From Tubulanus polymorphus (Eukaryota > Animalia > Nemertea), in NCBI RefSeq assembly GCF_964204645.1, contig NC_134030.1, positions 8,165,122 through 8,229,121 of the forward strand: a DNA stretch of 64,000 bases, in the 5' to 3' direction. Under the pieces are notes generated by a model. It was not told where the DNA came from, did not search any database, and worked only from the letters and a program-made list of their open reading frames with translations. Each line of letters starts with the position of its first letter. Position 1 is the stretch's first letter. The translations under genes and the position numbers were made by a program. Shown here piece after piece: positions 13,531-27,361 of the stretch.

Positions 13531-15948
13531 ATCAGGAAAATATATACATGTAGTTACCAAATAAATCATGGTGCAATTCACCTTACTTAGTTGACCAGTA
13601 ATAAGTAGGGGATTCTACTTTGAGGTAAATTCAAATTCGGATAACACATATATGCTCTAGTCTCATAAGTAGTATTGTTATACATGTTATATTTCCTTCT
13701 TTATAACTTATGAAAATACAGTCTTCTACATACCTATTGCCCTTGTTTTTGTGTATTTGATACTTTTCTGCCACTTTGATGTAATTCATCTGCCCGTTTG
13801 CTTGTGCTCATATTTATATGTAGATATATCATACATCAGTACATATACGAGGTAAGATAATGGGACTACAATTTCACATCAAACATCAAACAATGAGTAT
13901 ATACGGTATATAAAACGATATGCTTGTACATTTGATAACGTTTTTGATGTATTTTCTTTATATGTAGCATTTCATTTCATTGTTATTGTTTATACATTGT
14001 ATCGCATTGTATTGCATTTATCAACTTGTTTCGACGATTTCCAACCAGTGGCGATATTCAGGCATGAACATATTATGCAGTTCTAGTTCAAATAATAAGT
14101 CAACAAAATAAAACGAAGAAACGTTTATTCTTTCAGCTCTGATCAAAGGGTCTCAGACAACCGGGGAGATTTTTGTGTAAATCTACGCAATCAAAGGAAT
14201 ACCCGATAGTTATTTGATATATAGCCAATCTAGACACCAACAGAAAAGCAGTTTTTGTTTGTTTTTATTCTGCAGCAGGTGGCAACAGAAAACATAAAAC
14301 ACTGATGTTTTCTCTTGTTTCGTTCAGGTTTGACCGAAACAAGTGAAAACAAAGGGTTTTCACTTAAGCTTTTTTCTTATCTTGAAATAGGGATTGACCC
14401 TGTTATTTATTTGATTGGTAGATTTCGTTTGATTTGGTGTCCTTTTACAAACCCACCACACCAGCCGGGAATGAAACAGAAACAGGGGGTTTCACTTTCA
14501 TTTTAATGTTTCCAGCGCATGTCTAGCTTTGAGGGATCTCCGGACTTTATTCACACCTTAATAATGCAATCCAGCGAGCTCAATTCCAAATCTAGGTTTA
14601 AAAATAGGGATTAAAACTTGATAGCTCATGGTAGGAATTAGAAAACGGAAAATATCTATGAAGACAAGATGAGGTTGATGCTGCAGTATGTGTTCATTCA
14701 ATTTCACAGTTGACAATTTATTGGTACTGTTGATGTATCAAATCCATCTGTTAGTTTGAGCGTTGAAAATGATTGAAAAAGAATTGGGGCCAGTTCCATA
14801 GTCGAGACTTACGACCAAAAGTTATCTTAAATCTTAAGACTGGTCTTAAGTTGTTTGATGGCTATAGAACTAAGATGGTCTTAGACTAGTCCATGGCCTT
14901 AGATTCTCACTTTCAGAAGTTCTACCTCATATAGGCCTATGGAGCTTGCTATCTTAATCTTATCAGGTTAATTCAATTGACTGCCAATTGAGTTTAACCC
15001 CCAGTTTACAGTTAAAACTAGTTTATGATATCCTGTCTTCTTTAGTAATTGAAATTACAATCTCTTTTGGCAGTTAGAAAATAAAACGAAAAATTTGAGT
15101 TGTTGAGTAACCAATGAACATTTGTCTCTTTGAAACATGAGTTCCTTCCTTAATCACGCTGTTTCCTTTGTTTAAAAAGTGTAAAATTGTAGTGGAAAAT
15201 AAAGATTTGTTCACTTTCAATTGACCCTTATGGCAAATAACGAAATAATTGGTTTTGAAATACCCAGAAATAACGCGCAATTCATTTCACCGCATGTATG
15301 TATATTGTTTTCCTTTGTCCTGACTCGGTAAGTGGATCTGTAATAGTAGAACACAGAAATATGACAGTAGATAAACAGACATCAGTGGGACTTGTTAAAA
15401 TCATATTTCTACTCCGTCCTGAGTCTGGGGAATGATGGATATTTATGTCTTGTGCAGAACATCTCATGAGATCAACAAAAAGATTAGTATACTATGAATG
15501 GCTGCGCTGTAATGAACATTTTTAGTGAAAAACTAGGATTGGGTTCTCGACTGGTACAATCATGTATCCCAGCATATAAACTACTGTGCGTTTTATTCGG
15601 GCTCTTCCTTGAATTTCTTGATTTGAATGCCCTCAGTTGTAATTTCAGCAGCACTCAGGATATTTGCCCTAGCCCAATATGTAAAAGATGCGCCATATAC
15701 AACAAAACTAACCATTTACCAAAAAGAAGGTTGCGATGTAGGCTCATAAAATTTTGGCCATGTGTTGAAAGATGACTCCCAAAAATCTGTGTAAATTCCA
15801 GGACCATATTTAGCAGGGGGAAGTAGTTGCCCCCCAGAAATTTTGGAAAAATGCCCTTTTTGCAAATAATATTGTTATATCCTATAGAACTGTCCTCTTT
15901 CAGGTATTTGCCCCCACCCCAAAAAAAAATAAATTCAAATTTACGGCC

Positions 15949-16060
15949 CTGGGTCCAGTTTCACATAAAAGTTTAACTCTTAAATGATTTAATTCCTTAG
16001 TTAATTCAGTTTATCTTAAATCGATTTAGGCCTTAATCCTTTTTGTGAAACTGGGTCCTG
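15949..16060. mobile_element. PIF/Harbinger-like MITE
   Basis: TIRs GGTCCAGTTTCACA / TGTGAAACTGGGTC flanked by CTG on both sides (CWG target). Confidence 0.7.
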
Positions 16061-16176
16061 GATTCTATACTAAAGGGTGCTTTAACGCACTGAGACACCC
16101 CTGCATCAGCACCTGGGTCCTGGCTAAAGCCTGTTTCAATAGTATTTTGAATCATTGAAATAATTAAATTCTTACC

Positions 16177-16312
16177 CTGGGCCCGGTTTCACGAAAAAGT
16201 TCAAGCCTAAAAAGGTTAAGTTTGAATTGTTGGCCTCATTGAAAACATGAAGTAACCAATAGCGATTACATCAAAAAATTTGAGTTTAACTGTTTTATTC
16301 AACTGGGTCCTG
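16177..16312. mobile_element. PIF/Harbinger-like MITE
   Basis: CTG-GGCCCGGTTTCA ... TCAACTGGGTC-CTG; same TIR type as the neighbouring element. Confidence 0.6.
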
Positions 16313-17888
16313 AAGAGGATACACATGATATGATGGGCTTTCAGGTGTTGTTTGGTATAAAACTCATCTCAAAGCTCATTTCAATGAATTCAATGAGATG
16401 CATATATATTTCATTCCCTCCTCGAGCATAATGTAGCTGTCTAGACATTTCAGTCTACAAATCAAATATTAAGTGTTACGTGTCGCGCTGTATTATATTC
16501 AAGCTATTTTTTCGAATTCTTTATATTAAGTTATCTTAAAAAATTTTCTAAAATATCGAAGTCTGTCTATCTCTGATAACAAAAAAGTCATGGATCATTG
16601 TTGATAAGCGCAACCCTGGTTTTAAAACCTACTATCATCATACGTGTAGCCATTTTTGATCCAATCCAAAAACCGCATATACATTCTTCAAATCTCTACC
16701 TATGTTGACTGGTTCTTCTTAAAAATCTACGAGCCATCTTTCAACAGTATAGTCATTTAAAATAGAGACTGCTGTTTTTGCTTAATTAATTGAATCAGTC
16801 CAAGGTTGTTCACCGTCTGGCCCAGATATCCAGGGTTGCAGGTCTAAACAAAGTTTAACTCGACAAGATTTGTCAGGCTTTAAGAATCGATGCTTGTTGA
16901 ATTGGCCTTTTTTTCTGGACCGTCCGTGTGGATATCAAAAGACACACAACACCGTAATCGAATTAATTCTCTCATATCATCACCATGGCAACTATTTAAT
17001 TTCCTCAATTCATATATTTGCGAATTATGTGAATAAAATGCAGCTTTTTCATATCTTCATATATACATCTTGTGATCGAGTATGAATAATTAATGATTCG
17101 ACATTAATTCTGAACCAGCACGGAAACTCGGCACTTAACAGATTCGGATGATGTCCGTCTAGACAAAATGTTGCAGATTCATTAAAATTCATGAAAATTG
17201 GCCTGTACACGGCTGCGTAATTAGTGTTTTCCCGTTTCTCAAACCTGAAGTCAAAAGCTAACATTTTACAAGCCGATCAACCTTGATCAACTAGATCATT
17301 GCCATGGCAACATAAATTCAGAATTTGATTTGCGTAATATATCATCGTCGATGATTTTTTTTTTACAAATGATCGCGTCTCCCGCAAAATAATCACTTTA
17401 ACGAATTTACGTTTCATTTCTCATACCGCTGAGACAGAAATCCAGTTATGGCGTCAAACATGCTTTAAAAATATATATTATCTAACAGCCTGGAGTTCTA
17501 TTGTAAGTGATCAGGTTACCACGCATGAACCATGTACCAAAACGCTAGTTTATATGTCCATGATCATACTTATAATTGTGTCCTGTATACTTATAATTGT
17601 ATTCTTCTGTATGCTTTGATTTGTTTAATTCATTTTGTAATTCAATGGAAAATAAAGTTGTTGTTATCATTATCATAGCATATGTACGTTAATTTCATCA
17701 ATCTCACGAAACAAAATGGGAATGTACTCTTTTGATGATTTTCCGAATCAACTAGTCTCTGTCGGACTAGTAACTCTTGACTTCTACAGGGGCTAGTTTC
17801 TCATGGTGGAACCTCATCATAATGAACAAGGATATGATGATTTATCGGTCATAGTGAACTTAAAAATTTGTCCCAAGCAAGACAATTT

Positions 17889-18100
17889 CAGGGGTGCCAA
17901 CCACTGAAAAGTTCCATCAGTTAAAAATTGAATTCTAATCAGTAACATTTCATTGAAATATGAAAGAAAATGTTCACATTCAGTAATCAACAGTAAGACC
18001 CTCAGTAATAACTTTTTGTATGCAACAAACAAATAAAATCAGTATTCATCATCGTAAAATAGTATCAAATACTGGAAATCAGGAACAGTTGGCAGCTCAG
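17889..18100 (+). mobile_element. hAT-like MITE (CAGGG-TGCCAAC family), copy 1
   Basis: Homologous to 61547-61772 and 62418-62625 (ATCAGTAATCAACAGTAAGACC ... AAATCAGGAACAGTTGGCAG). Confidence 0.65.
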
Positions 18101-18202
18101 CAATCTATTTAGGTTCAAACTGGATAAAACAAACATATTTTGTTGTAATGAGGTTCCATTGTATAACCCATTTAAAATGTACGTATGAGGATTCCTATAT
18201 TC

Positions 18203-18371
18203 CAGGGCTAAGTTTCATAGATGTGGAAGAAAAGTAATCCCTAGGAATATTTTGAAATTTGTCAGTTATAACCATGGTTTCTCATTGTTACTTCCTATGG
18301 CGGTTGTCATCCGGATTGAGGATTTACCCCTAGGGATAACTTTGATACTCAGTCTATGAAACCGGGCCCTG
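18203..18371. mobile_element. PIF/Harbinger-like MITE
   Basis: CAG-GGCTAAGTTTCATAGA ... TCTATGAAACCGGGCC-CTG. Confidence 0.6.
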
Positions 18372-19017
18372 GTTTTTGATACCATGGTAATTTTCCCTGT
18401 CTCTTGGGATAAATTTGATAACCAGTCTTTGAAACCGGCAGTAGGATACGTTAGTTCATGTATTTATGGGGGTTGACAAAAGTCATCATCAAAATTTGTG
18501 TCAATATCATTCTACACCAATCTTCTACATGTTGACAAATTCTTCTGAAGGAATCAGATTTTGTCAACTCGTTAAACTCAACCCAATACCAGCAGTGTAC
18601 CCAATCTAGCACGGCTGCAGATCCAGTAGTACCACTGGAAGCATCTACACCATATTTTTGCAAAAGAACAGCAATTTTCCATTAATATCTCAATGCTAAT
18701 ATTCATCTTAGTAGTGTAAAAATGACGAGCAATTATCTAACTTATTATTAGATAATTGCTCCTAGCTTCAATGCATTCTCATAGCTGCTTCTGGGTTCAA
18801 ATTCGGGGTTGGGTTTTCCCAGAGGGAAAGTTGCTTTTCTATTCATGAATTCAAAGTACTCCAATCATGCCCAGAATGCAACACATCCTGCACATCTGAT
18901 TTTCGAAAAACTTTCTGGGTTGGATCCACAGAAATTCCACCCATGTTGATTTTTGCACCTACCCGAAATGGTGGATCGGCTACTGCAGCACCTACAACTA
19001 AGTTCCATTCGATTAAC

Positions 19018-19164
19018 TACAGTCAAGCCTGTTTAATCCGGATCAACTTAATCTGGATTTTGGTCTAATCCGGACAATATTTGCATTCCATTTGTTCATA
19101 AGTAAACAAGAAAATGACTTCCCCGCGGTCCCCAAATCACCCAAATTAAGCGGATTCTATTGTA
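19018..19164. mobile_element. Tc1/pogo-like MITE
   Basis: TA-CAGTCAAGCCTGTTTAAT ... ATTAAGCGGATTCTATTG-TA; a similar TACAGTAGACTCC element lies at about 20075-20168. Confidence 0.5.
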
Positions 19165-19246
19165 GACAGTTTTTTACTAAGATGAGATAATGTACCTTCA
19201 AACGATGGGTAGTTCCTGTAATGCCCTCAGTTGGTAAAATATCAGC

Positions 19247-19917
19247 AGGTTTGAACTTTTAAACAAATTAGATGAATTGTGTCATTTAGTTGTTTTTGTT
19301 GTTTTTGTTGGTAATAGGTTTCAAATGTCAATCAATATTTCGAGTTAATCAGGATCAAAATGAATATTTCTGCCTGGGCCAGTGTCACTGTTTGGCTAGG
19401 TTTTACCATTGCGGATCAATAACTCCAAGAAAATTGTCCAATTCATGTATTCATTTCCTCTGTAGACGGATAACAAGTTAGTCCAACAGCGACATATCCT
19501 TAATTTTTCTATTGGTCAGACATCAGACAGATTTCTTTCACAAAATAGATAAATTTTTGGAATTTTCAAAAGATCCATGTTTTTCGTTATGTATCCAACA
19601 TTAGTCGGACCTGTCACACTTGTGGCGACGTCATTGTCCAATTGAGCCCAGAACGCATCAGAAAAATGTCGGGGGACCCACAGTCATTCTCCGGGTTTGA
19701 ACTTTCAAACAATTCAAATGAAATTGTCATTTTGATCAGTTGTTTCGTTTTTCTATCGGATATAGGTTTCAAATGTCAATCAGTATTTCAAGTTAAACAG
19801 AATCAAAATAGATATTTCTGTCTGGGTGTCACCGTTTGGCTAGGTTTTACATCTTTCGCGAGCAATAACTCCTGGAAATTGTCCAATTCATGCATCTATT
19901 TCCTCTCTAGACGATAG
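19247..19917 (+). repeat. Diverged direct duplication of about 220 bp (19247-19470 and 19693-19917)
   Basis: Shared GGTTTGAACTTT ... ATAGGTTTCAAATGTCAATCA ... AAATTGTCCAATTCATG ... TTCCTCT.TAGACG. Confidence 0.85.
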
Positions 19918-19957
19918 ATAGAAGTTAATCCAATCTTAAGACGGTTCCTTTGTTATA

Positions 19958-20070
19958 CGGGACCCAGTTCCACAGTTGTGAGTTAAGATTTTACTCTTAG
20001 CTCATCGAAAATGAACTAACTTTACAACTCAAGAGTTAACTCTAACTCATGACTGTGGAATTGGATCCTG
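19958..20070. mobile_element. Palindromic MITE (CCAGTTCCACAG TIR family)
   Basis: CCCAGTTCCACAGTTGTGAGTTA ... TAACTCATGACTGTGGAATTGG; a truncated relative starts at about 14786. Confidence 0.65.
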
Positions 20071-20381
20071 TAGTACAGTAGACTCCAAGTCCGATATTCT
20101 GGCCCATGATATGGATTATGTTGACATATTTTTACACTAAAAGGATCCAACTCGAGCGGAGTTTACCGTGATGGGAGTTTACCGTACGATAGGCTTTGAC
20201 TAGCCTTAAATCTAAACCTCGACTGAAACTGCCCCTGGTACTTGATTTAACCTGAGGATTAAATGCTTAAAAATTGCAGACTACGCATGTACCATGGATA
20301 GTATCATTGAAAAACCACGGAAAAAGATAAATCTCTAAATATTCCCTTTGGTTAAAGTAAGTACCAGTCTTTAAGCTAGTT

Positions 20382-20595
20382 TTTATTACAACGACTCTTC
20401 AAACGATGAAAAAAACAAGAACGGTGTACTTGAATATGAAACTATTGAATGAAACTTTATTTTCAGCTGAAAAATTAATGTCGATACATATACTACTTTC
20501 ATACAAAAACTGGCAAAAAAATTGCTCAAGATTATGTGACAGCAATGATAAATTCATCATAGTACATACAACCATATACATGTAGAAGATTTATT
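20382..20595 (-). terminator. Cluster of candidate poly(A) signals ending the host transcript
   Basis: TTTATT on + (AATAAA on minus) at 20382-20387, 20456-20461 and 20590-20595, at the boundary between the skewed, repeat-poor region and the MITE-rich region to the left. Confidence 0.45.
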
Positions 20596-22273
20596 TACAA
20601 TTCTCCACTCAAAGGATATTTCTTCAATCACGTTATAACATATCGCTTATACAAAACACAGGTAATGTGGCAAAAGTAAAACTGAGTCATATGAGACATG
20701 AGAAAAAAGACCTCAGACTTGACAAAGACAGATCTGAAGACAGGCTTCGATCGATAATATAGAAGTAATACAAAAATTTAGTAAAAACCATATGAAATAA
20801 TGCTTCAAAAAATCTATGGTAAGGATTATACAGAATAGAAAAACATTACTTAAGTACTAGTCGATATAAATAGGTAGTATATGTACATATCAAACAAGAT
20901 CTAGAAGGCTTCAAAAGACGATCAAAATAATTCTACCATTGTTTAACTTGAAAAAGTCGCAAAGCGAAATGTACTTCGATCGTTTCTTGCAAATTAACAA
21001 CGCAAAAATGAAAGCCCCGCAGCTTATGAAAGACTTGATTCGTTCAGACACATCGCAAATATTTCCCCATATCCTCTTTTCATTGACGAAATTGTACGAA
21101 ATCGAGAGAAAAGTCATCGAATTTCATTGTGTCATCGCGACGGCCCGTGCACGGACATGGTAGTCGTCTCTGGCAGCGGAGGACTTGTGACCGTAATTAA
21201 CGATGCACCTTGCTTCAGCATGCGCAGTCACAGACAGATAACTCAACTACACAGTCGGGCTGCGCAGTCTAGAAGCAGCAGTGCGAGATTTTTATTATGC
21301 AAATGGACACATTGTCTGGCTTCGGGAACAGGAGCGATGGCTGGGAACGAAGTCATGGTGTACAGACGCACAGCGCAATTGAGTAACGAGCTCGGCAACC
21401 AGATAACAGTTTAATGTCATCGATTTTTGTGCGGGGAAAGATCATCAAAGACCTTTTGAGCACTTCGCTGTCCACGCCGATAACAATCCGGCGCGCGCAC
21501 ACGAACTGGCCTTGGTGAAAAAATCTGCCCAGAACGCGGTCTGTGGTGACTGTCGAATATCAGCGACAACGGAACTCCCAAATACAACAAGGCACTCCGA
21601 CAACCTGCAGATGTCGCTGACGAGAATCGAATGTCCAGAGACCATGTCATCGCATCGACGAGATTTCGTTTCTTTGATACGTGCCCAACAAGATCTCAAA
21701 ACCATAAAGTTTCGTATTCGGATACGATTAAAGGAAATGGCTTTTAGTATAATGATAAATACATGTTCTCGCTCACCAATGAATACATTTTTAATGATTA
21801 CAGTTACAGAGAAGTTTAAAAACCCATACAGTGTAAGTAAAATCAGCGAATAGAATAACCGTAATGGGTTGAAAAATTCCGTTGTCGGCTTCTTCGCGAT
21901 ATCCATTAATATACTATATGTACACAAACGTAAATGCGAATGTCGTCAATCTCGTTAAGATTTCAGGAGCACGGAGGTCGCGTGTGCGAGAAACCCGCCG
22001 CGAGCTCCGTTAGGCGTCGACCTCGCAGCGATAAACGATACAGGATATCAAAAACCCCAATCGCGCGGTTGAACTACTTACCACTCGGATTAAACGTACC
22101 GAGAATTCACGAGAAATATCTTCAATAGTACTAAAATCATAACTACGTACTGAAATGTCATCGTGCTAACTGAACAGCAGTTGAAACGACGATGATAAAC
22201 AACACTTAATCATCGACAATTTTCAACCGATCAAATATTGACTTTATCCCCGCATGAAGAACAAAAGCTCTAT

Positions 22274-22409
<136 letters not shown>

Positions 22410-25400
22410 CATATATACACATTGTCTGCGCGAGGTAATAATTGATAAGCTCCAATCTGCCTTGATCTTCTTGATGTTTGCCATCGGTTAGATTAAACCT
22501 ACGACAGCAATTATTGCTCGTAGGATGATTATCATTATATAAGTTTTGATCGGGAGCAACAAAATTAAATGGAAGAAATAGATACGACTAATGATAGTAA
22601 TAGAAATTAATTCTTCGAAGAGAAAAAGTGGGCCACTCGATTTTCGAATCGAAACGCTCGCCTCGTTAGAAAGAGTATCTTCTTCCAATCGGGAGCGCTT
22701 TGATAACTGTAAACAAGATCGAACTGACGAATTGGCTTATTATTACGTATCTATAAACGCGAGAGACACTTTTGAAAGATGCAGACAGGATGAGACAGTA
22801 GAGCGTCTGATATATGGAAGAAAATAATCTGCCCTCAGACGGTGAAATTACTTTCATATCGATTATCAAAAGCACACCAGACTCGAGTACGTCATTATTT
22901 GATTCCGGTGGAAGTCAATTCACCGGGCTCACGTTATATCAACTATATCAAGACTAGTTTCCGGCCCGGTGTCTGAACTAATGACGGCAACTGTTGGGAA
23001 ATGTCTGTCATGCAACGCAAGCTAGTGACGGCCATGACATACAAATATAACTTCAATGCAGCAATCACGGGTTTTCTGCGCTGTTGCGACACCATGCACA
23101 TATTCAAAATGAACTATAATATATGCACTAAAATATAGCATCGTTGATTCGAACCCGATGTAGCACCACTGCACTAAGTCATGTGTGGTTGATCCTAGGA
23201 TGGAGTACTCCTATTGTACAACATTGGCTGCTGGATATTGGGATCGAATTTCATAGTGAATATAGGTGAGACAATTGAATAAACCTGGACAATACTGGGG
23301 TACTTCATCGGTTGATCCAGTCCAGGGCAACTAATCTTATAAACCGCAATCACACCAGAGCTTTTGGCCCAAGCCAACCACTTACATGGGTGACGAATAG
23401 GCTAGTGCCTGTTTGACAAAAATGTAGGACCAGGCCATACCAAATACTAGCACAAATCATTGCGTTTGAATGAATGCCGGTTTCAGAAGTGACTCACCTA
23501 GCTTTGTCACACCATTCTTTAGTGTTGAGTGTCTGTTTTATGTGCTAACACGTTCTCTAATTAGGCACAGGCCAAATTCGAATAGGGTCTAATCTGGGCC
23601 AAATCGTCTTCATGCGATCGTGGCTACATAGACATACCGGTAATACAGGAGGAAAGCATTCTCATTCTCTAAGCAAGTTAAGCTGACTGGGTTGAATCTA
23701 CATGATGGACTCTGTGCAATGAGTTTAAAAAGATCAGCAGATACTTAGCATCAGAGCCTAAATCACTAATGCATCATACAGTTGACATCGCGTAAGTTGT
23801 AGTAGTCGGGATTATCATTATGTTGACGACTTATCCAAACAACGACTTAAGAATTAGAAATAAAAATTTGGACTGGAAGTAGAGATGACCTGTAAGGGAT
23901 GCCATGACTTATTCGTTGATAACTTAAGTGACTTTGAACTAAATCTAATCAGTTTGTTTCAAGAACCTCTGTCGATATCAAAGTTGAAACTGAAGTTAGG
24001 TCCCTTTTCAAATGTATGGCTAAGTCTAGATGATTACATGCAGTCACTTGTCAAGAAAGTCCAAAAATTGGCTTGATTCTTAATGACAGGTTTCATCCGA
24101 GACGTTTAGCGACACCCAAGGCCGGTCTCTGGTAACACATCCAGGAATGAATCTCTCCGTCTCCAAATCAGAGACGACTCGTAGCTAAGCCGGGTTCGTA
24201 TGAAATATGGCACGACGCAAATAATCGTTGCTGCGACAAAACAATCAATTCCGTAGAAAATCAGTCGCCAGATAATAAACATGTTGCCTGGCAACCTGTA
24301 CACTCATTCCAGACAAAAAATAATATAACACATGCCACGATGCGATAATATGACGTACGTTCGGTGTTGAACAAAACTACGTGTTCCAGAAAGTACTACG
24401 ATCTGAAAAACGTTGAAGCCTTTTTAGTTAAAAAGCAGGGATAGTGGGTGCAGGGCGTACCACCCTCTAGAAATGTCTACAATATTGAAACCTAAACAAG
24501 TTTAAATTCATAAGCTTGTTCTCTGTAATTCCAACAATGAGTTGACATTTTCCGATGGCCAGTAAAGGCTATATATACTGCAAGTGACTACAGGAATACT
24601 AATCTAACCCATAACGGTGAAACTGGAACCATCTATGCCGGAATATCTGCTAGTCCGTTCAAAAATTTGAAAACATCCTAAACACATAATAGGCTGATCT
24701 TGACTCTTAAAAGGTCAGATCTAACACTAGCTATACATATCAATTTTATATTTCGTGTCTTCACAAGGAGATATTGACGACTACAATGTATATTCTATAA
24801 GATTGAAAATACTTGCATCGATAACATAGGTCTATATATAACGGAGGAAATATACGTCCACACTTGTGGTTAATTAATGAGATCTAATACTCTTAAGTGA
24901 TCATTTTGACGGTTTCTGTGAGCAGCTCGGAAAGACATCTGATTTTTTTTACTATTGCGTATGAAAGCTAGCACTATGTATACTAAAACTAAAGCTACGC
25001 ATCGAGCTGATTTTGGGACATCAATGGCTCATTCACCATTCAGTACCAAATATCTTCAATTTACACCGAAGATATTTACACAAGTAACTGAAAACTGAGT
25101 TGATGCAAATAGAACAAAAAACATATATGACAAAATGGTCGGGTTTTTTCACTGGCGTTCCTGTCGAGTCCGATGAGGAGCCCTGTTGAGTTTGGTGAGC
25201 GCATCAACAACAAACCAGCTAAATCAATCATTCTTCTGATGTAGCTCTTATTGAATAATGAATGAACCGCTAAAACATACCGGATAAAGACAACCAATCG
25301 CTTATTAAGCAACGAGAAGTACCCTACCGAGTCGAACTCGTGTTTCATTAAACTGAATACTTATTAATCATGCACTGACAGGAGCAGCCACAATCCCTCA

Positions 25401-25461
25401 ACCTACCGATCACTGATATAGGATAGAAAAGTAAAGAAAAAAAAAACAATAATTTCAACCT

Positions 25462-25666
25462 GTGAACCCTAATGAGAACTCTTTGAACCCTAATGAGAAC
25501 TCCATGAACCCTAATGAGAACTCCACGAACCCTAAGAAGAACTCTTTGAACCCTAATGAGAACTCCACAAACCCTAATAACTCCATGAACCATAATGAGA
25601 ACTCCATAAACCCTAAGAAGAATTCCATGAGCCTTAATGAAAACTCCATGAACCCTAATGAACTCT
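25462..25666. repeat. 21-bp minisatellite (GAACCCTAATGAGAACTCCAT), about 10 copies
   Basis: Tandem array seen directly; explains the NPNENSM and RVHGVLI ORFs. Confidence 0.95.
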
Positions 25667-27361
25667 ATGTTCGACTCTGGCGAGTGAGGATCTGCCAGGA
25701 AGGCATTCAGACTCCAACGTCGATTCAGACATATTTGAAAATCAACTAAATTCTGACAAGTTGTCGCATGAAAACGTACGCCATCTAGCGGGATAGCTGG
25801 TGACACGGGTACCTCATTGCTGCAACCAGTAACCAGTAACCTGCACTCGGCCGCTGCACCTCTTATCAAATTAGGTGCATGAAAGACTTCAATAATACCA
25901 CTACACTCAATCATAATGAAGTGTACCTTACCTGTTGGCGACTGTCTGACCTTTTACAGGAGACACCAGCCGTACAATAGGCAACACTTGTGTCTAGGTT
26001 GTCATCAAATTGACGATATATCAGTACAAAATACCATCAGAGACTTCACTCGCATCGGAAACATTCAGTAACTAGGTGGCTACCAACATCATTATGAACA
26101 AGAACATGTATCATTACGACCATTATGAACATGTACATCGAACAACGAAGCAACTTTCTCCGATAAGCAATGACCGCCGACATGATATTTCGATTAAAAC
26201 CATAAGAAGAATAGGTTTTCCCGAGAAAAAAACTACAGACTCCGCCTGTATCAGAACTTTTACTAAGATAATCCTTCAAAGTGCTCGCGAATGCGACTTG
26301 ATCGCAAGTAGATTGATAGAGACTGCGATCGACTGCTTTAGGTTGATTCCGGAAATTGAGCTAATCTCATCGCAGTGGGTGACCAAGTACATCAATTGAT
26401 CGAATAATCACACCGAAGATAGGTCGAATAATTGCGCTTCAATGAACGTGTATTCGTATATGACCACGCGCAATTTTTCTCAGACAGGTGTTCCCGGAAT
26501 CAGAGAAGGAACGCAAACATTGCTTGCCCATCTTCATGGCCTATAGAAAGGAACAATGTTTGTTATTTGAAATGGCAATCTACAAACATTTAATCCATGT
26601 ACGATGGTAAACAATGAAAAATGCCGGCTTTGATGCTGTGATTACAATAAAAAGCTACAAGGCTTCGCTGATGAGAGAGACAAAGAAAAACTGTAATAAG
26701 CACTAGCATCAAAATTGACAGACTGCACGAAATGTGTGCAAAAAACTATAATCTAACCTATCGCGGTAACGGTTTGAATACAATTCATTGATCAGCGTAT
26801 ATCATATTCGGCGAAAAAAGAAGCTCCGCAGACTCGTCGTCATCGTATGAAGCATTTAAAATCGAATCAACGTCGAACGCGTTTAAGCCAGCGACACTCC
26901 AAGTGCACTTGAATCAACTGTGTATACATGACGAGAATGTCTGGGGCAGCGGTGCAGATCTTTACCGACACCGACGAATGAAACGTGCAGACTCAGGGTT
27001 CGAGTGAGACTGCGACAATTCCCCTCGCCACTCCCTTTCTGCCCACGTCCGCAGAAAGCATCGATATAATTCAATCGCGGATTACGCTTTTTTAATACGC
27101 GCAACTTCCCGAAAAAGAAACTATCCCAGCAAACTAAGGACCGGACCTTCTTTTCTCTTCGTGGAAAATTCCGTCGACAATTCCGTCGACGCGCACGTAT
27201 ACACAGCGAACTCGAGAACACGTCCTTCGACGTTACATTCTTTTCTTTTTTTAAATACAAAAATACGCAACACCACGAAACAAAAGCAACGAACAGCGTT
27301 TTACAGACATCAGGCTTTATAGCGATACCCACCCATTTTCCGACGCTGTGCATCGCGCTGA

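Noticed and set aside
21317-21355. UUCC/UUCC internal loop as an ENE-type triple helix
   Set aside because: The loops are not U-rich enough and their polarity does not fit a Y-R-Y triplex with a single purine strand.
21417-21927. ORFs over the GC-rich 21 kb island as a coding last exon
   Set aside because: No recognisable domain, a weak acceptor and inconsistent frames; better explained as structured non-coding sequence.
25348-25914. 188-aa and NPNENSM-repeat ORFs
   Set aside because: Driven by a 21-bp minisatellite.
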